From NCBI RefSeq assembly GCF_006345805.1, contig NW_021834285.1:1-45465 (forward strand): a stretch of DNA of 45,465 bases, written 5' to 3'. The notes under the pieces were generated by a model, which saw only the letters and a list, made by a program, of their open reading frames with translations, did no database searches and had not been told where the DNA came from. This document shows, in pieces, positions 1 to 11,965 of the stretch. The stretch is from Octopus sinensis (Eukaryota). The translations under genes were made by a program, and so were the position numbers. How positions within the stretch are numbered: position 1 is the stretch's first letter; each line of letters starts with the position of its first letter.

Positions 1-499
1 AGTGTTTCTATTGGGTGACATCACGACAACTACTCTGAGCCATCCAAGACTCTCGTCCACTCCAATGAGGATGACGTCGGAGGATGGAAGCATCCCGTGA
101 GTCACGTCGTGTCTGATTTGGACGACCCAATCGGGAATGTGCAGTTTTCTACAGCGTTCCACGAGTGACAAGCTGAGTTTTCCTTTGAGTCGTTCACTCA
201 TTAAATTGACGAATCGGACTATGGCCGTTCCGCAGGCGAGTTGGTGCATTGGGTTTGCTTGCTGTGGACGATTTTGTACGACGGTGAGGAGATTTATTGT
301 CGAGTCGATGGCTACTGGCAGTTTGTCGTTCATTCTGCATTTTATGAAGTTGCGAACCTTGTTTAACACAAGCAGTCGATCCAGGCCATGTTTCACGAGT
401 TGTGCATCTTTAGACCAGAGCTCGTTGGAAATATTGAAGAATTCTGATCTTAAAACTCACAGTTAATGCAAACTCGTCAATCCACGCCACTACTTTCAT
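1..499 (-). CDS. LAS1L: LAS1-like HEPN endoribonuclease (pre-rRNA ITS2 cleavage), 5' part; runs off the window edge
   Basis: Spliced reading MKVVAWIDE|SEFFNISNELWS...KLPVAIDST...AIVRFVNLM...IPDWVVQIRHDVTHGMLPS...WLR matches the Las1 pattern, including the HEPN RHxxxH motif. ATG at 499; GT-AG introns of 25 nt (after exon 1) and 26 nt (near the left edge). Confidence 0.82.
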
Positions 500-599
500 T
501 TACTAAAATTACTTAATTTAAAATATTTAGGGAAATGAATCCTGCTTTGGAGTAAGCCACTGCGTGTGTTCAGTCTTACTTTGAGACATTCAATTCTAC

Positions 600-745
600 T
601 GACGGGATGGATCCTAAGTGATTTCCCGTATTTGAACCCTATTGGAGTGGGAAGTCATCGCATAGACTCAAAGAATGTCCTCTAACTAGGGAAAATTGCT
701 GGATGTGTCGGAGACAAGGTCAACTGCTATTGTCAACTGTTCTAT
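600..745 (+). mobile_element. Decayed retrotransposon gag remnant with two degenerate zinc knuckles
   Basis: Translates to YWSGKSSHRLKECPLTRENCWMCRRQGQ, resembling tandem CCHC knuckles; no intact ORF. Confidence 0.35.
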
Positions 746-764
746 GACGTTGGAGTTTGAAGTA

Positions 765-2302
765 CAGTAAAACCTCTCGAATCCGCCGATTTTGGGACCG
801 ACCAAAAAATCGGCGGATTCGAGAGGCAATTTAAATAATATTTTATAGTTGAAATATGAACTTACAATATAGATTAAGTATTTCTTTTTATATACAAATG
901 ACTGAATATATAAAATTATTTATATTCAAAAAAATCAGAAATTTTATTTTTTTTAATTGATTTTCTTAACATTTCCCCAATTCGCATAATATTTTCATGA
1001 TCATCTATATCTGCATTTACCTGAGAAGCATAAGTTTTAATAATCTCTAGAGCTCTGAAGGCTTCTGAGAGATCAACTTTTTTCTCATTTGATTCCTCTT
1101 CAATAATTGTTTCCTAAGTATAATTATTAAATAAAATCACTAACTGATTGAACTTTTTTCGACTGTAATGTACCAGCTTGTTCAGATTTGTCTAAAAATT
1201 CGATTAGCTCTTCATTTTCAGTATATCCGTAATCAACAAATTCACTATAAGATATTGGATCGTCAATTTGAAATTTCTTAATTATTTCTTCATAATTATT
1301 TTCGTAGTTCTTAGATTCACTGTTGATTGTGATTGTTTCACATTTTATCCATTGTGAAATGGGTGTAGGTAACATATTTTCCAATGTTGAATTTTTTAAA
1401 AAACCTTGGACTTTTGAATCTTCCTATCATCACAGGCCTTCTTTTATCGGAACCAGAACAATTTGCATAATAGTAACGAAAATCGATCCTTCGACAACTT
1501 TATTCCAGGCCGTGATTTGGTGCACACACTTTTGGAAGGAATCGCCTTGTAAAAAACACCAGTTTCATCTGCATTATAAACATTGTCCAATCCATATTGT
1601 TCAATTTTTAAACTCATTGTTTCATTAAAATCAGTAATAGATTTTTCATCATGATTTACTGATCCACTGTCTCCGTGAAATTTTCTTAACTTGATACCAT
1701 TTCGTAATTTAAACTTTTCTAGCCACCCACGACTTGCTTTAAATTCTGGAAAATTTTTTCCAGACTTAAGAGCTTTTGCAATTAACATCGAATCTGATAG
1801 AATTGCTCCACTAGATTCCATTAAGTTAATCCATGTTATCATCGCTACATCAATTTCATTAAATTTGAGTTTTGGAATTCTCGTTATGTTTAATTTTTTG
1901 ATGTCAGTCCTATTCAAAAGGTCCGATTTTAATTTAAAGTCGTTTATAGTTCTCGGAGAAATTTTCTTTTTTAACCGTGAAGAAAAAATCCTGGAAATTT
2001 GAGGTGCAGAAACGAATGGGTTGTCAGAAATATAACGTAGTATAGAAATTTTTTCGTTGATAGAAAGTCTAACACAGCGACGCATCACAAAAATACAATT
2101 TAACGTGTAATGAGAATTTTAAAATGTTAATTAATTTAACTTACAATTAGATAAAAAATTATTTTTCATAATACTTGAGGAGCGGATTCGAGAAACAAGC
2201 GGATTCAAGAATCATTCATAGGAAATTTCAAATTTTTGATTAAAACAAGCGGATTCGAGAAGCGGCGGATTCGAGAAGCAGCGGATTCGTGAGGTTTCAC
2301 TG
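765..2302 (-). mobile_element. pogo/Tigger-family DNA transposon, internally deleted
   Basis: Imperfect TIRs CAGT(A/G)AAACCTC(T/A)CGAATCCGC with TA on both flanks. ORF 1444-2088 has an HTH, a CENP-B HTH (ASRGWLEKFKLR) and the first catalytic motif NADETG. It frameshifts after LLLC, then jumps to the C-terminal tail (1127-1384); the central DDE region is missing. Confidence 0.9.
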
Positions 2303-3199
2303 TAATTAGTTCTGGATTTTGTTGGCTGGTTGTCATTTCTCTTGCTTTTGCAAAGACACGTTGCATGTTGATCAACTGATGCTTCGCCTGTTTTGCATGA
2401 AAAGGGATTTAAGAGAGGAAAGTTCGAGGCAATAGATATCAGTTGAGCCTTTTTCTCCAAAGTTCGTCAAAGAAAAATCTTTTTGCAATTTGGGAAGCAC
2501 GCTCTTTTTAAATTTCAGTAAGAAAAAGGTCTAGTCCTTTGTGTTAGAAAAGGACAAGAGCTATCTCTCAAGCTAAAAGAGACCGTAGGCTACAAGTAAT
2601 TCACAAAAAGCTTGCAGCTCTCGATGTTCACTCTTTAAGCTTTTGCAATGATTTCATTACTATCAAACGTGAAATTAACAAATTAGGAAGCCTCCGGAAG
2701 CTTCTCCCACTAAATTTGCTCACTTGAAAAAGACGCTGCAAATGCTCCTTAATCCTAGCCAATTTAGAATCTCTAGGCACAGCCCTAATTCAGCACTTAA
2801 CCAAAACTTCTAGAAAATTTTACAGCTCTTGTTACTACTTTTGAAATATTTTTGCGCAAAGTTGTTTCAGCGAAGCTTGAATGGAGTTTGGGTCAGATGA
2901 AGTCATCATACAATCGTCAATCTGCTTGTCAGTTTTTACGCCTCATTAGTATTATTGATCCAAGAGAGGCAAGTTCAAGGCAATAGATAGCAGGAAGCCC
3001 AAAAGACTAAATCACTCCCAATGAAGATATAAAGTCTCCATACCTAATGATCGGGAAGTAAGTGTGGAGCATACCATTTAAATAAAAGGGTGTAAAATCT
3101 CTAGAAAACAAGAAAGCCGATTAATACGAAAAAAAGGAAAGTATAAAAGATGTCATCCCCAGATGGTACCTCCAACTCTTTTCAATCATGTTGTTTACA

Positions 3200-4350
3200 T
3201 GGCACACATTTAGCCATTTAACGGCTTTTGAGGAAAGAAATCATAAGCCTTTCATTTTATTAATCCAATCATTTAGTCTGATTGATATTGAGCTCAGGGA
3301 GTTTGAGCAGATTGATAAGAAGATCTGTCGAATTCTTGTGGACAGTCATATCCACTTGAAACCGGCAAACAAATAAAGACTTTATTTTCCAAGAAAGGAA
3401 TTCTCGAGAGGTCTCGAGTCAGTTAGTAATTATTATTATTAGAACCAAGATCACCGTCCAAAACATAAAGCGGGGAGAATGCTCTTTCAATTTTATTGTG
3501 ATTTTGAAAATAAGGAAAACAACTGGCTAAGAAGAGCAGGAATTATGTTCCAAAGAAAACACATATGGCCACTATCGCAGAATTCTTATTTAGAAAATAC
3601 AATGAAAATGTAAATGAGTTGAAAATATCGGACCTGATGGGAATTCAACGTGAATATTTATGGAAAAAATCGAAAAGAAGCTCTTTCATCATAATCTGTT
3701 CCAATGTCTAAAGAATCTCAAACTTGATGTTAATAAGGGCTTCGGGTGGCTAATCCATGGAAACAATTTCCCTCGAACTGAAGCAAGCCTGTGCCTCCTG
3801 CTAGACCGAAACTTGTTTTTTTCGATAACCGAGAAAACAAATGCAGCTACTTTAACTTATCTGAAAAGACCAATTGATCACCTTGTCATCAGATGTGGGC
3901 TTAAGTATCAATTTCAATTTATTACTCGACACCCATTTCTATCAATCCATATTTTTAACCAGGCATATTTTAAATGAGCACGACAAAGATTTTCAATCGA
4001 TCAAAAGCATTCTAAATGCAAATTTCTAAAAAGACTTCAACAAAAAATAAAGCATGCCGTTTCAGCAAAAAAATTGCTGTTAAAGACAATTAATGGTTCA
4101 CCTGAAATTCAAGCTCGAAATCATTAAAAAGGGGAAAAATAAACTCTAATAATCTAACATTATAGATAAAAAATGCTAAAGGAGAAGTATAAACGGTCGA
4201 AAATTATCTACTTTGGTTTTTTTGTTTTTGGTCTCCAGAGTGGTTTTTAATTAGACTACGGTTATCGACTCTTATTTCTGAAGTATCGAAATTCAATTCC
4301 TATAGTCTTTTTAAACTAATTTTAAAATATACTTAAACTTTGGATAAATG
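3200..4350 (+). mobile_element. Degenerate 3' part of an R4/Dong-like non-LTR retrotransposon
   Basis: Fragments EQIDKKICRIL..HLKPANK*RLYFPRK..RGL and GWLIHGN..RTEASLCLLLDRN, then a decayed Cys/His region. Same family as 14200-15150; many stops. Confidence 0.6.
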
Positions 4351-4618
4351 AAACCAAACCAAATTAACGAAACCAAAAGAGATAGTTAAATTGGTTTAGT
4401 TAAATAGGAAAAGTTTAACCCATTTCATCGCTTTAAAAAAGACCTGCATTTTAATTTAAAATCTTTTTATTAAGTTTGATAGAAAAATTTTTCATTTATA
4501 TTTAAGAGCTGGAATATCAAATGCTAATTAGTCTTTGGACATTGGTTATTTATTTTTTGATTAAATAATCTCGTTGGGTATTGGTCTGGCCAGTCTGGCA
4601 TATTGATCAATGAAAGTA

Positions 4619-5358
4619 CAGTGAAACCTCTCGAATCCGCTGCTTCTCGAATCCGCCGCTTCTCGAATCCGCTTGTTTTAATCAAAAATTTGAAATTTCC
4701 TATGAATGATTCTTGAATCCGCTTGTTTCTCGAATCCGCTCCCAAGTATTATGAAAAATATTTTTTTTATCTAATTGTAAGTTAATTAATTAACATTTTA
4801 AAATTCTCATTACACGTTAAATTGTATTTTTGTGATGCGTCGCTGTGTTAGACTTCTATCAACGAAAAAATTTCTATACTACGTTATATTTCTGACAACC
4901 CCTTCGTTTCTGCCACAAAATTTCCAGGCTTTTCTTCACGGTTAAAAAGAAAATTTCTCGAGAACTATAAACGACCTTAAATCAAAATCGGACCTTTTGA
5001 ATAGGACTGACATCAAAAATTAAACCTAACGAGAATTCTAAACTCAAATTTAATGAAATTGATGTAGCGATGATAACATGGATTAACTAATGGAATCTAG
5101 TGGAGCAATTCTATCAGATTCGATGTTAATTGCAAAAGCTCTTAAGTTTGGAAAAAATTTTCCAGAATTTAAAGCAAGTCGTGGGTGGCTAGAAAAGTTT
5201 TAAATTACGAATGGTATCAGTTAAGAAAATTTCACGGAGACAGTGGATCAGTAATCATGATGAAAAATCTATTACTGATTTTAATGAAACAATGAGTTTA
5301 AAAATGAACAATAGGGTTGGACAATGTTTATAATGCAGATGGAACTGGTGTTTTTTCT
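4619..5358 (+). mobile_element. 5' half of the same pogo family as 765-2302, inverted orientation, 3'-truncated
   Basis: Begins TA|CAGTGAAACCTCTCGAATCCGC and aligns to the reverse complement of ~1555-2302 with many single-base deletions. Confidence 0.9.
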
Positions 5359-5646
5359 AATTTCGAATTCATTCGTATATTTAAACGATCATTAACATCA
5401 TTTGCGATCAATATTTTGTACATGTAAAAGGAACATTCAGAAGACATAAAAAATCTAATACTTCGTGAATATAATAAAGGAAAATCAATCCGAAAAGTTT
5501 CAAAAAATTTTCATATTCCGAAGAGTACAATATGAAAAATTTTCAATAAATGGAAATTATAAAAAAAAATACCAAAAATAAGCCAAGATTAGGAAAACCG
5601 GAAAAAAATATCATCTCGATTAATTCACATAGATAAACGAAGGTTA

Positions 5647-5941
5647 CAGTGAAACTTGTCTAAACCGGCCCCTGAAAATACCGGATCTCTCCGTATATCG
5701 GCCGTTTTCTCCGGTCCCAATTTTTTACAGTATTTTCAATATAAATTTCACCTCTTTATTTCGGATTCTCTATATTCTGAAAACCGGCCGTAATGTCAAG
5801 TCCCAACGGCTTTTTTTACATTGTGCAAACCGAACAAAAAGGTATTAAAAATAACTGTCAAAACCTTGATAAGCCGGATCTCTCTATAAACCGGCCGATT
5901 TTCATGGTTCCGTCGGATTCCGGTTTAGACAAGTTCCACTG
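5647..5941. mobile_element. 295-bp pogo/Tigger-type MITE
   Basis: 22-bp TIRs CAGTG(A/G)AACTTGTCTAAACCGG, TA on both sides, no ORF. Confidence 0.9.
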
Positions 5942-6148
5942 TACTTAATAATCAGAAATTGTCTCATTAACAACTCTCTACTTATTTGGGCAAAGTAGGA
6001 TTGCCAGTATGCTCACAGACTGGTACAAATGCTCTAAGAATAGAAGAGTCCCATAAATGTCGTCCACAAAAGTTCCGCGCTTACTAGGAAACACGTCCAC
6101 GGTTAAAATATGCTAAAAAATTTACCTCAAGACGACGACTTTCTATAT

Positions 6149-6955
6149 ACAATTTACCCGCCATTTCTATAACTCGCCACTTTTTTTGGAAAAATGCCTT
6201 TTTTACAAAGGAAATTCTCTTACTCGCCACTTTTTAGTACTAAAAAATGACAATTTATTATTTAAAAAATAATTTTTCAAATATTGAATGCTATAAAAAA
6301 GAAAGCTGAAAGATGAAGTCTCATTTTCTTATCTTGCCTGGAAAAATGTGTCGGTGGATACAATATCAAAATGTTTTCAGCACTCCAAATGGAAAAAAAG
6401 CATTGAAGAACCTATTAAAGGAGACCATAAAATAAAAAATTTCGAACAAATTATAGATAAATTAATGATTTCAGATCTCATAAAAGAAGAGGAGTTTATA
6501 GACTTTACGCACTCTGAAAATGACGAACTTCATGATTTTCTACAAAACAATAACGATAAAAATGACAATTTAAACAGTTCAATTATTGAAGATTGTGAAA
6601 GAAACAAATGTATTACACATCTAGACGCGATAAAAAGTGTTTCGGACCTCAAAAAATATTTTTCACATGATGATCATTTTAATGTGAATATGCTTGAAAG
6701 TTTAATAAACATGAAAAAAAATATGTTGAAAAGATCAGTCAAAAAACTATCAATGATTACTTTACTTAAAATCTTCGTTTTTTAATAAATGTTTCAGATA
6801 TTTATTTAAATGTTTAGAATTATTCAAATAGGTAGTTAAAAATTATAGACAATTTTTATGATAGAAGATTCGGATATTGATTATTTATCTTACTCGCCAA
6901 ATTCTCGCCAATTTTGACTTGGTCCCAAAAATGGCGAGCAATAGATGGAAGACTG
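6149..6955 (+). mobile_element. Non-autonomous pogo derivative retaining the transposase C-terminal tail
   Basis: Right end CCATCTATTGCTCGCC-type TIR followed by TA; repeated CTCGCCA subterminal motifs at both ends. ORF 6348-6785 resembles the pogo tail at 1127-1384. Left boundary approximate. Confidence 0.62.
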
Positions 6956-7571
6956 TAATATTATTTGGTCAGATGAGACAAAGATGGAAATTTTTGGGAG
7001 AATTATACAAGCTACGTGTGGCGTAAATCAAAAGATGAATATCGCCCAAAAATACCACACCAACAGTTTAACATGGCGGTGGCAGTATTATGATATGGGG
7101 TGTTTTTCTTCTCGGGAAGCTGAGAAAGTTTATGTAATAGACGGAATATTGAATGGTTCTATATAGTGTGATATTAAAAAAATATTTTTTCGTCAATTAA
7201 AAAATGTGGTATTGCGGGGAATTGGAAATTTAAACAGGACAATAATCCGAAGCATAGTGCACAAAAGCTCAAGAAATGGCTAGAGGAACATTTATTTATT
7301 ACCCTTGAATGGCAAAGTCAGTCCCCAGATCTAAATCCGATTGAAAATCTTTGGAAAGAATTAAAAGTCTTTTTTTATGGTCACATAATTACATAATCCA
7401 AATAATATCACGGAATTACAATTTTAATATAAACAGTTGTTATAAAAAACACATTTTATTAAAAATAAACAAAAAGACTAAGACTAATTTGACCATTGCA
7501 CTCGCGTTAAATTGGCGCATTAAAATAAATAAATTGATAACTAATTAAAAGATGAAAGTAAATAAATAGAA

Positions 7572-9008
7572 TCAATGGAGCGGAAATTCACATATTTCAC
7601 AACGAGATGATCCCCCTGCATTAATAAACCTACATTTCGAACAACCAATCTCCTCATCAGAATGCACTGAAATGACTTCCTCAACCAGAGTCAATAGCAA
7701 CTCCCACAAGCTCTATCAACGACCTCATTTCTATTCCGTGACGGATCCTCGACAACAAATCACGATTCCCGTCCCTCACAGCCACCAACAAATCCCCAAT
7801 AAAAGTCTAAATATCAAAACGGCATAATTTCACATCAAGTGAGGAAAACTCAGAACTAGTGAGAAAAACAAGCACGTGAAAGTCTCCTATGCACTCCAAA
7901 AACGAATCGTACTCAAACTGCTGCCAATACTTCGCAAAACCCAACAAATTCTAAAAAATAGCTAAAAAGAATAAAACTTGTGCTTCAAAATGGTCAGCTC
8001 GGTTTTCAATCGCATAAAATGTTTTAGAAACATGAAGAGGGAGTGAATAGACATTGGTCTTGGAGTTCCCACTCACAACTCAGTAATGAGGAACTCGTTG
8101 GGTACTGGTCTGGTCAGTTGCTTTACATTATTGCCGTAACAGTCAGTTTTCTAGACATTTCTACCCCAAGTAACCGACCACATAAAATACGTCAGGGACA
8201 TACTGATTGTCAGTTGATTCCTTTACGTATGACATCCCAGAACACCCGATAGTGGGCACAAGCAGTCCTTCCTTCACCATACACTGCACAGAAGCCTGGT
8301 ATGCCTCGAGATGGATTTGCATGTCTTGTCCGCCTGCAAGTATTTCTATTAGACAACCAGTGGCCACGACTGTCACAAATTTGGACCCATAATAACCCCC
8401 GTCGGCCAATTTGCACGGATTCGGATACTTGTTCTGATGATAGGCCGCAGTTATACATTTGCGAGCTCAAATAATACGATTTCTAGCAATATAAACACTC
8501 CAAACAACATCATTCCCCCAAAAGTGCTTTACAGTCCCAGCACTCGAATCTGCTGACACCAAATCCATAAAAATCCACCCAACAACGACCAATCCCAACT
8601 GGGCGGATATCCACCGAATATTCTCTTCCCGAGAATCCTCCAACAACTAATTCCATCACGACTGGACACCTAACCCTCCAAAAATACAACAATCACTTGA
8701 GGAGGCTCATAAATGGCCACTACGACTGCTTTAATCCCCAAAGAAATTGTTCCATCACCTCATACCTCCCAAACAGGATTCCAGCCCTTCGATTTCCAGT
8801 TTTCCCCCAAAAATGGAGAAACCTCTGAACCATTGTATCATTTTCGAAAGAAACAAACTCCACATGTCTATACTCCTTCAAAACACACATTTCATGTAAA
8901 AATAAACCTGTCGATTCAACGTGATGGCCCCAGGCTGACATTGAGAACAGATCCCGGCCGGATATGGCTTGTGGAGGGGACAGGACTGGTCAATCTTACA
9001 TTTCGTTA
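7572..9008 (-). pseudogene. NPLOC4: NPL4 (p97/Cdc48 cofactor) homolog, 5'-truncated and frameshifted
   Basis: CPLHKPYPAGICSQCQPGAITLNRQ|EYRHVEFVSFEN, AIYEPPQ, GSKFVTVVATG, QYVPDVFY, IENR, DFHVLVFL and a C-terminal NZF (CSKC...CEIC) follow NPL4 in order. About seven GT-AG introns of 24-32 nt and about five frameshifts. The N-terminal UBL region is absent; a CRE fragment abuts at ~9008. Confidence 0.9.
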
Positions 9009-9395
9009 AGCGCGCGCTCAACGCCGCTGGATTTCCTTCGGTCCTGGAACCGGTTGGGTTAGACCGTGGTGACGGAAAACGTCCCGATGGGTCCACGCTA
9101 TTCCCGTTCAAGGGGGGACTCGCTCTCGTTTGGGACGTCACCTGTGTCGACTCGTTTTCCTCGTCATCTCTCATCGACTCTGCCTCCCGCCCTGGCTCAC
9201 CCTCCGCACATGCCAAATCGGAAAAATCGCAGATCGGCGATTCCTTTCGGAGATCGGCTTGATGATCTCGAGGAAAAGTCACAAGAGACGTGAGTCTAGC
9301 TGGCTTTTTCAGCGCAATATCGCGAGGGAAATGCGCTGAAACTGCCTGTCTATTCGCTCGTCCTCTCAATCAAAGAATTAACGTGGATGAATTAG
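9001..9395 (+). mobile_element. CRE-clade non-LTR retrotransposon 3' fragment (RLE domain), copy 1
   Basis: KRALNAAGFPSVLEPVGLDRGDGKRPDGSTLFPFKGGLALVWDVTCVDSFS carries the PD..D RLE motif; internal deletion and frameshift downstream. Confidence 0.8.
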
Positions 9396-9649
9396 AATTT
9401 AATTGATTAATTTGGAAAAAATAGTTATATCTGAGTGATATTGATTAACTAGCAATTCTACTTTGTCAATGTTGACACTATTATTTTGATCAATTCTGGT
9501 TTCATGTGGACCTCGCTTGATCCCAACAAGTCAGAGAATTGTTTTTTTCATCGTCTCCTACCCGGAGCAACTATTCATTAAAATACAACTGATTCAAGAT
9601 TAATTGAACTGCTAATATGTCCTCTTTTACTAATTGTAGAGCGTATGAG

Positions 9650-10110
9650 TAGAAAAATAATATTGCCTAAGCGTTCCTTGGGATCCATTCTCTGTCTTGT
9701 AGAATGAGCACACTGAAATCAACAATGTAATTCACAAAGCCCTGGAAAGACCTGGTTTTCCTTCAGTTCTAGAAATGACAGGCCTTGATCTTGAAGATGC
9801 GAAACGTCTAGACGGCTGTACGCTTTTGAATCCGGGAAGCAGCTTGTTTCCGAATCTTTCGCCAAGCGAGCTTTGAATTTCACTGCATGTCGACCCGGTT
9901 CGTCGGCTGAGAAGACGAATCCACCAAACTGTCGAAATACGATGATTTGTGCGATCTGTGTTTTCGGGGCCAAGACGCTTGCTCGTCTAAAGAAACTTGG
10001 CCGTGCACCCATCGCTCCAGAGATCCCAGGGAATTTATATTCCTTATTCAGAAGATGACTGTTTTAAACGGGAATTATCTCTCAATCCTGAGAACTAGTA
10101 CTTAATAACT
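9650..10110 (+). mobile_element. CRE-clade 3' fragment, copy 2 (heavily decayed)
   Basis: INNVIHKALERPGFPSVLEMTGLDLEDAKRLDG and terminal VLNGNYLSIL are homologous to copies 1 and 3. Confidence 0.65.
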
Positions 10111-10129
10111 AGAATTCTCTCCCTCGACC

Positions 10130-10850
10130 AACACCGCTTGGCCTGCTTTGAGACGGCATGTCGCCCTCACAGCGGAGCCTGGCTAAATGCCACTCCACTG
10201 CCGAGTATTGGGAACCTTCTGGACAGTGAGTCCCTACTGACTGGAATTTGTTTACGTCTTGGTCTTCGCCTATGCGAGCCACATGTCTGCCGCTTTGACG
10301 CGAAAATCTGTCGTTTTGGACTGCACGCTTTATCGTGTAGACGCAGTGCTGGCCGAATCCCGTGGCACGCGGCTCTTAACGACCTTATCAGGAGAGCCCT
10401 GGAAGTCGCCGGAATCCCCTCCCTGTTTGAACCCTCTGGGATCGATCGGGGGGACGGAAAAAGGCCTGACGGGATTACTGTGTTTCCCTTCAACAAAACA
10501 AAGCCTCTTACCTGGGATGCCACGTGTGTGGACTCTTTCTCGCCTCAGAACCTGCTGATGTCCGCATCCGCCCCTATTGTCACAACCGCGGAATGCAAAA
10601 AGATGCGGAAGTACTCCTTACTTACGGAAAAGTTCCAATTTCTTCCATTCGCGGTCGAGACTTCCGGTTCCTTGGGTGGTAAGGCAATCAGCTTCGTTCA
10701 GGAGATCGGGTCCCGCATGTCTGCTATCACAGGCGACGCCCGCGAATCGAGATGGTTTTTCGAGCGGATATCCCTTGCGATAGTACGCTCTAATTCTTTC
10801 TCGATCGCGTCGGCTTCCCGTCCATGAAGCTTTCAACACTTGACCGAATT
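10130..10850 (+). mobile_element. CRE-clade 3' fragment, copy 3 (229-aa open frame)
   Basis: ORF 10138-10827: GAWLNA, decayed zinc knuckle (HVCRF...HALSC), H-x3-ND, GKRPDG, WDATC, KxRKY, AVETSG, ERISLAIVRSN; no RT domain. Confidence 0.85.
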
Positions 10851-11040
10851 CTTTTTTCGTAATAAACATATCAAAAAAATAACTAGCTTATTCCGTTTTC
10901 CATCGATATTTCTTTTACATTATCTTCATCAATATCTAAACATTATAAAATTTGAGTCATTTTCATTCCACATAAATGTACTATACTCTTTAGTACACTG
11001 AAATAAGATAAACGATGACTTTTTCGTTGATGAATGAATA

Positions 11041-11738
11041 CACTCAACCCTCTCAAATTGACCATTTTTAACAATTTACCTCTGAAAATTGAAAAAACTC
11101 TCAAAAATGGCCAATTTTCAAATTGGCCGCAAATTTTAATTTTTCTTCGTACTATAATTTTTATTTTCAAAATTTTTTTAATAAATTTGAATCTTATTAA
11201 TAAAATTTGTTGCACATGTCTTCTCTTAATAATTATACTCGTCTGAATTTCAATCAGAAAATAGAAATTTTAACTTATAAAGAGGAGAATCTTCATTTTT
11301 CCTGTCAGAATTTGGCCGAAAGATTTTTTTTTGTTTAATAAAAAATTTCTCAAAAAAACAATCAACAACATTCTTTTGAAAAAATATTCTCTTCTCAAAG
11401 ATAGCAAGATACACAATCTAGCCTCAAAAAAGTATCAAATCTTAAGTTTCCTGAACTTAATGCAAAATTGGTTGAATGGATTATGTCTTACTAATCTCAT
11501 CTATAAGACGTTACAAAGAAAATATAGTTATATCTAAAAAAACAAATTGGAATTGAATTTTACTTTAAATAAATCAATATTTTTTTATTTTCTTTAATTA
11601 AGAAAAATTATGCTAACTGAAGACACATCAAAGTAGTTTCTTTGAAAAATTGTCGATTTTATTTTCTAATTGGCCATTTCTCAAATTGGCCAACAATATT
11701 GAAGAAACCAAAAATGGCCAATTTGAGAGGGTTGAGTG
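11041..11738 (+). mobile_element. 698-bp pogo-type non-autonomous element
   Basis: TIRs CACTCAACCCTCTCAAATTG(A/G)CCATTTT with TA TSDs; internal relic FPELNAKLVEWI resembles the start of a CENP-B HTH. Confidence 0.88.
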
Positions 11739-11829
11739 TACTTATAGACAACTGAATAAAAACTCGTAGATCATTCGTGATTTTCTTTTACAGTCTTTTT
11801 TGTAACCAACGCGATGAATCTTTCAATTT

Positions 11830-11965
11830 GACTCTGTGATTGAAGGTGTTTCGGGCGACTAAACTTCTGTAGAATAATAAAGTAACTATTACCAGAGGTG
11901 AAGGCAAACGCATTGACGGCTTAACTAAATTCCCCTTCGAGCAGGGAAAATCCCTTTTTCTCTTT
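11830..11965 (+). mobile_element. Short CRE RLE relic
   Basis: TRGEGKRIDGLTKFPFEQGKSL matches DRGDGKRPDG..FPF..GK. Confidence 0.55.

Larger units (their letters stand above)
5400..7400 (+). mobile_element. Decayed Tc1 transposon interrupted by two pogo-type insertions
   Basis: HTH segment (HSEDIKNLILREYNKGKSIRKVSKNFHIPKST) at ~5430-5530; catalytic segments IIWSDETK, QDNNPKH and SPDLNPIENLW at ~6960-7370; stops and frameshifts throughout. Confidence 0.75.

Noticed and set aside
335-357. Possible 23-nt GT-AG intron in LAS1
   Set aside because: Splicing it would shift the frame while read-through is open; unresolved without RNA data.
137-466. ORF-track 109-aa plus-strand ORF
   Set aside because: Antisense shadow of the LAS1-like gene.
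2305-3180. Possible minus-strand gene or LINE with a duplicated ~30-nt motif (~2420 and ~2962)
   Set aside because: Stops in all frames and no diagnostic motif; probably decayed retroelement, not assignable.
8878-9369. 163-aa ORF as a real N-terminus for NPL4
   Set aside because: Its first ~120 aa are antisense CRE sequence, in frame by chance.
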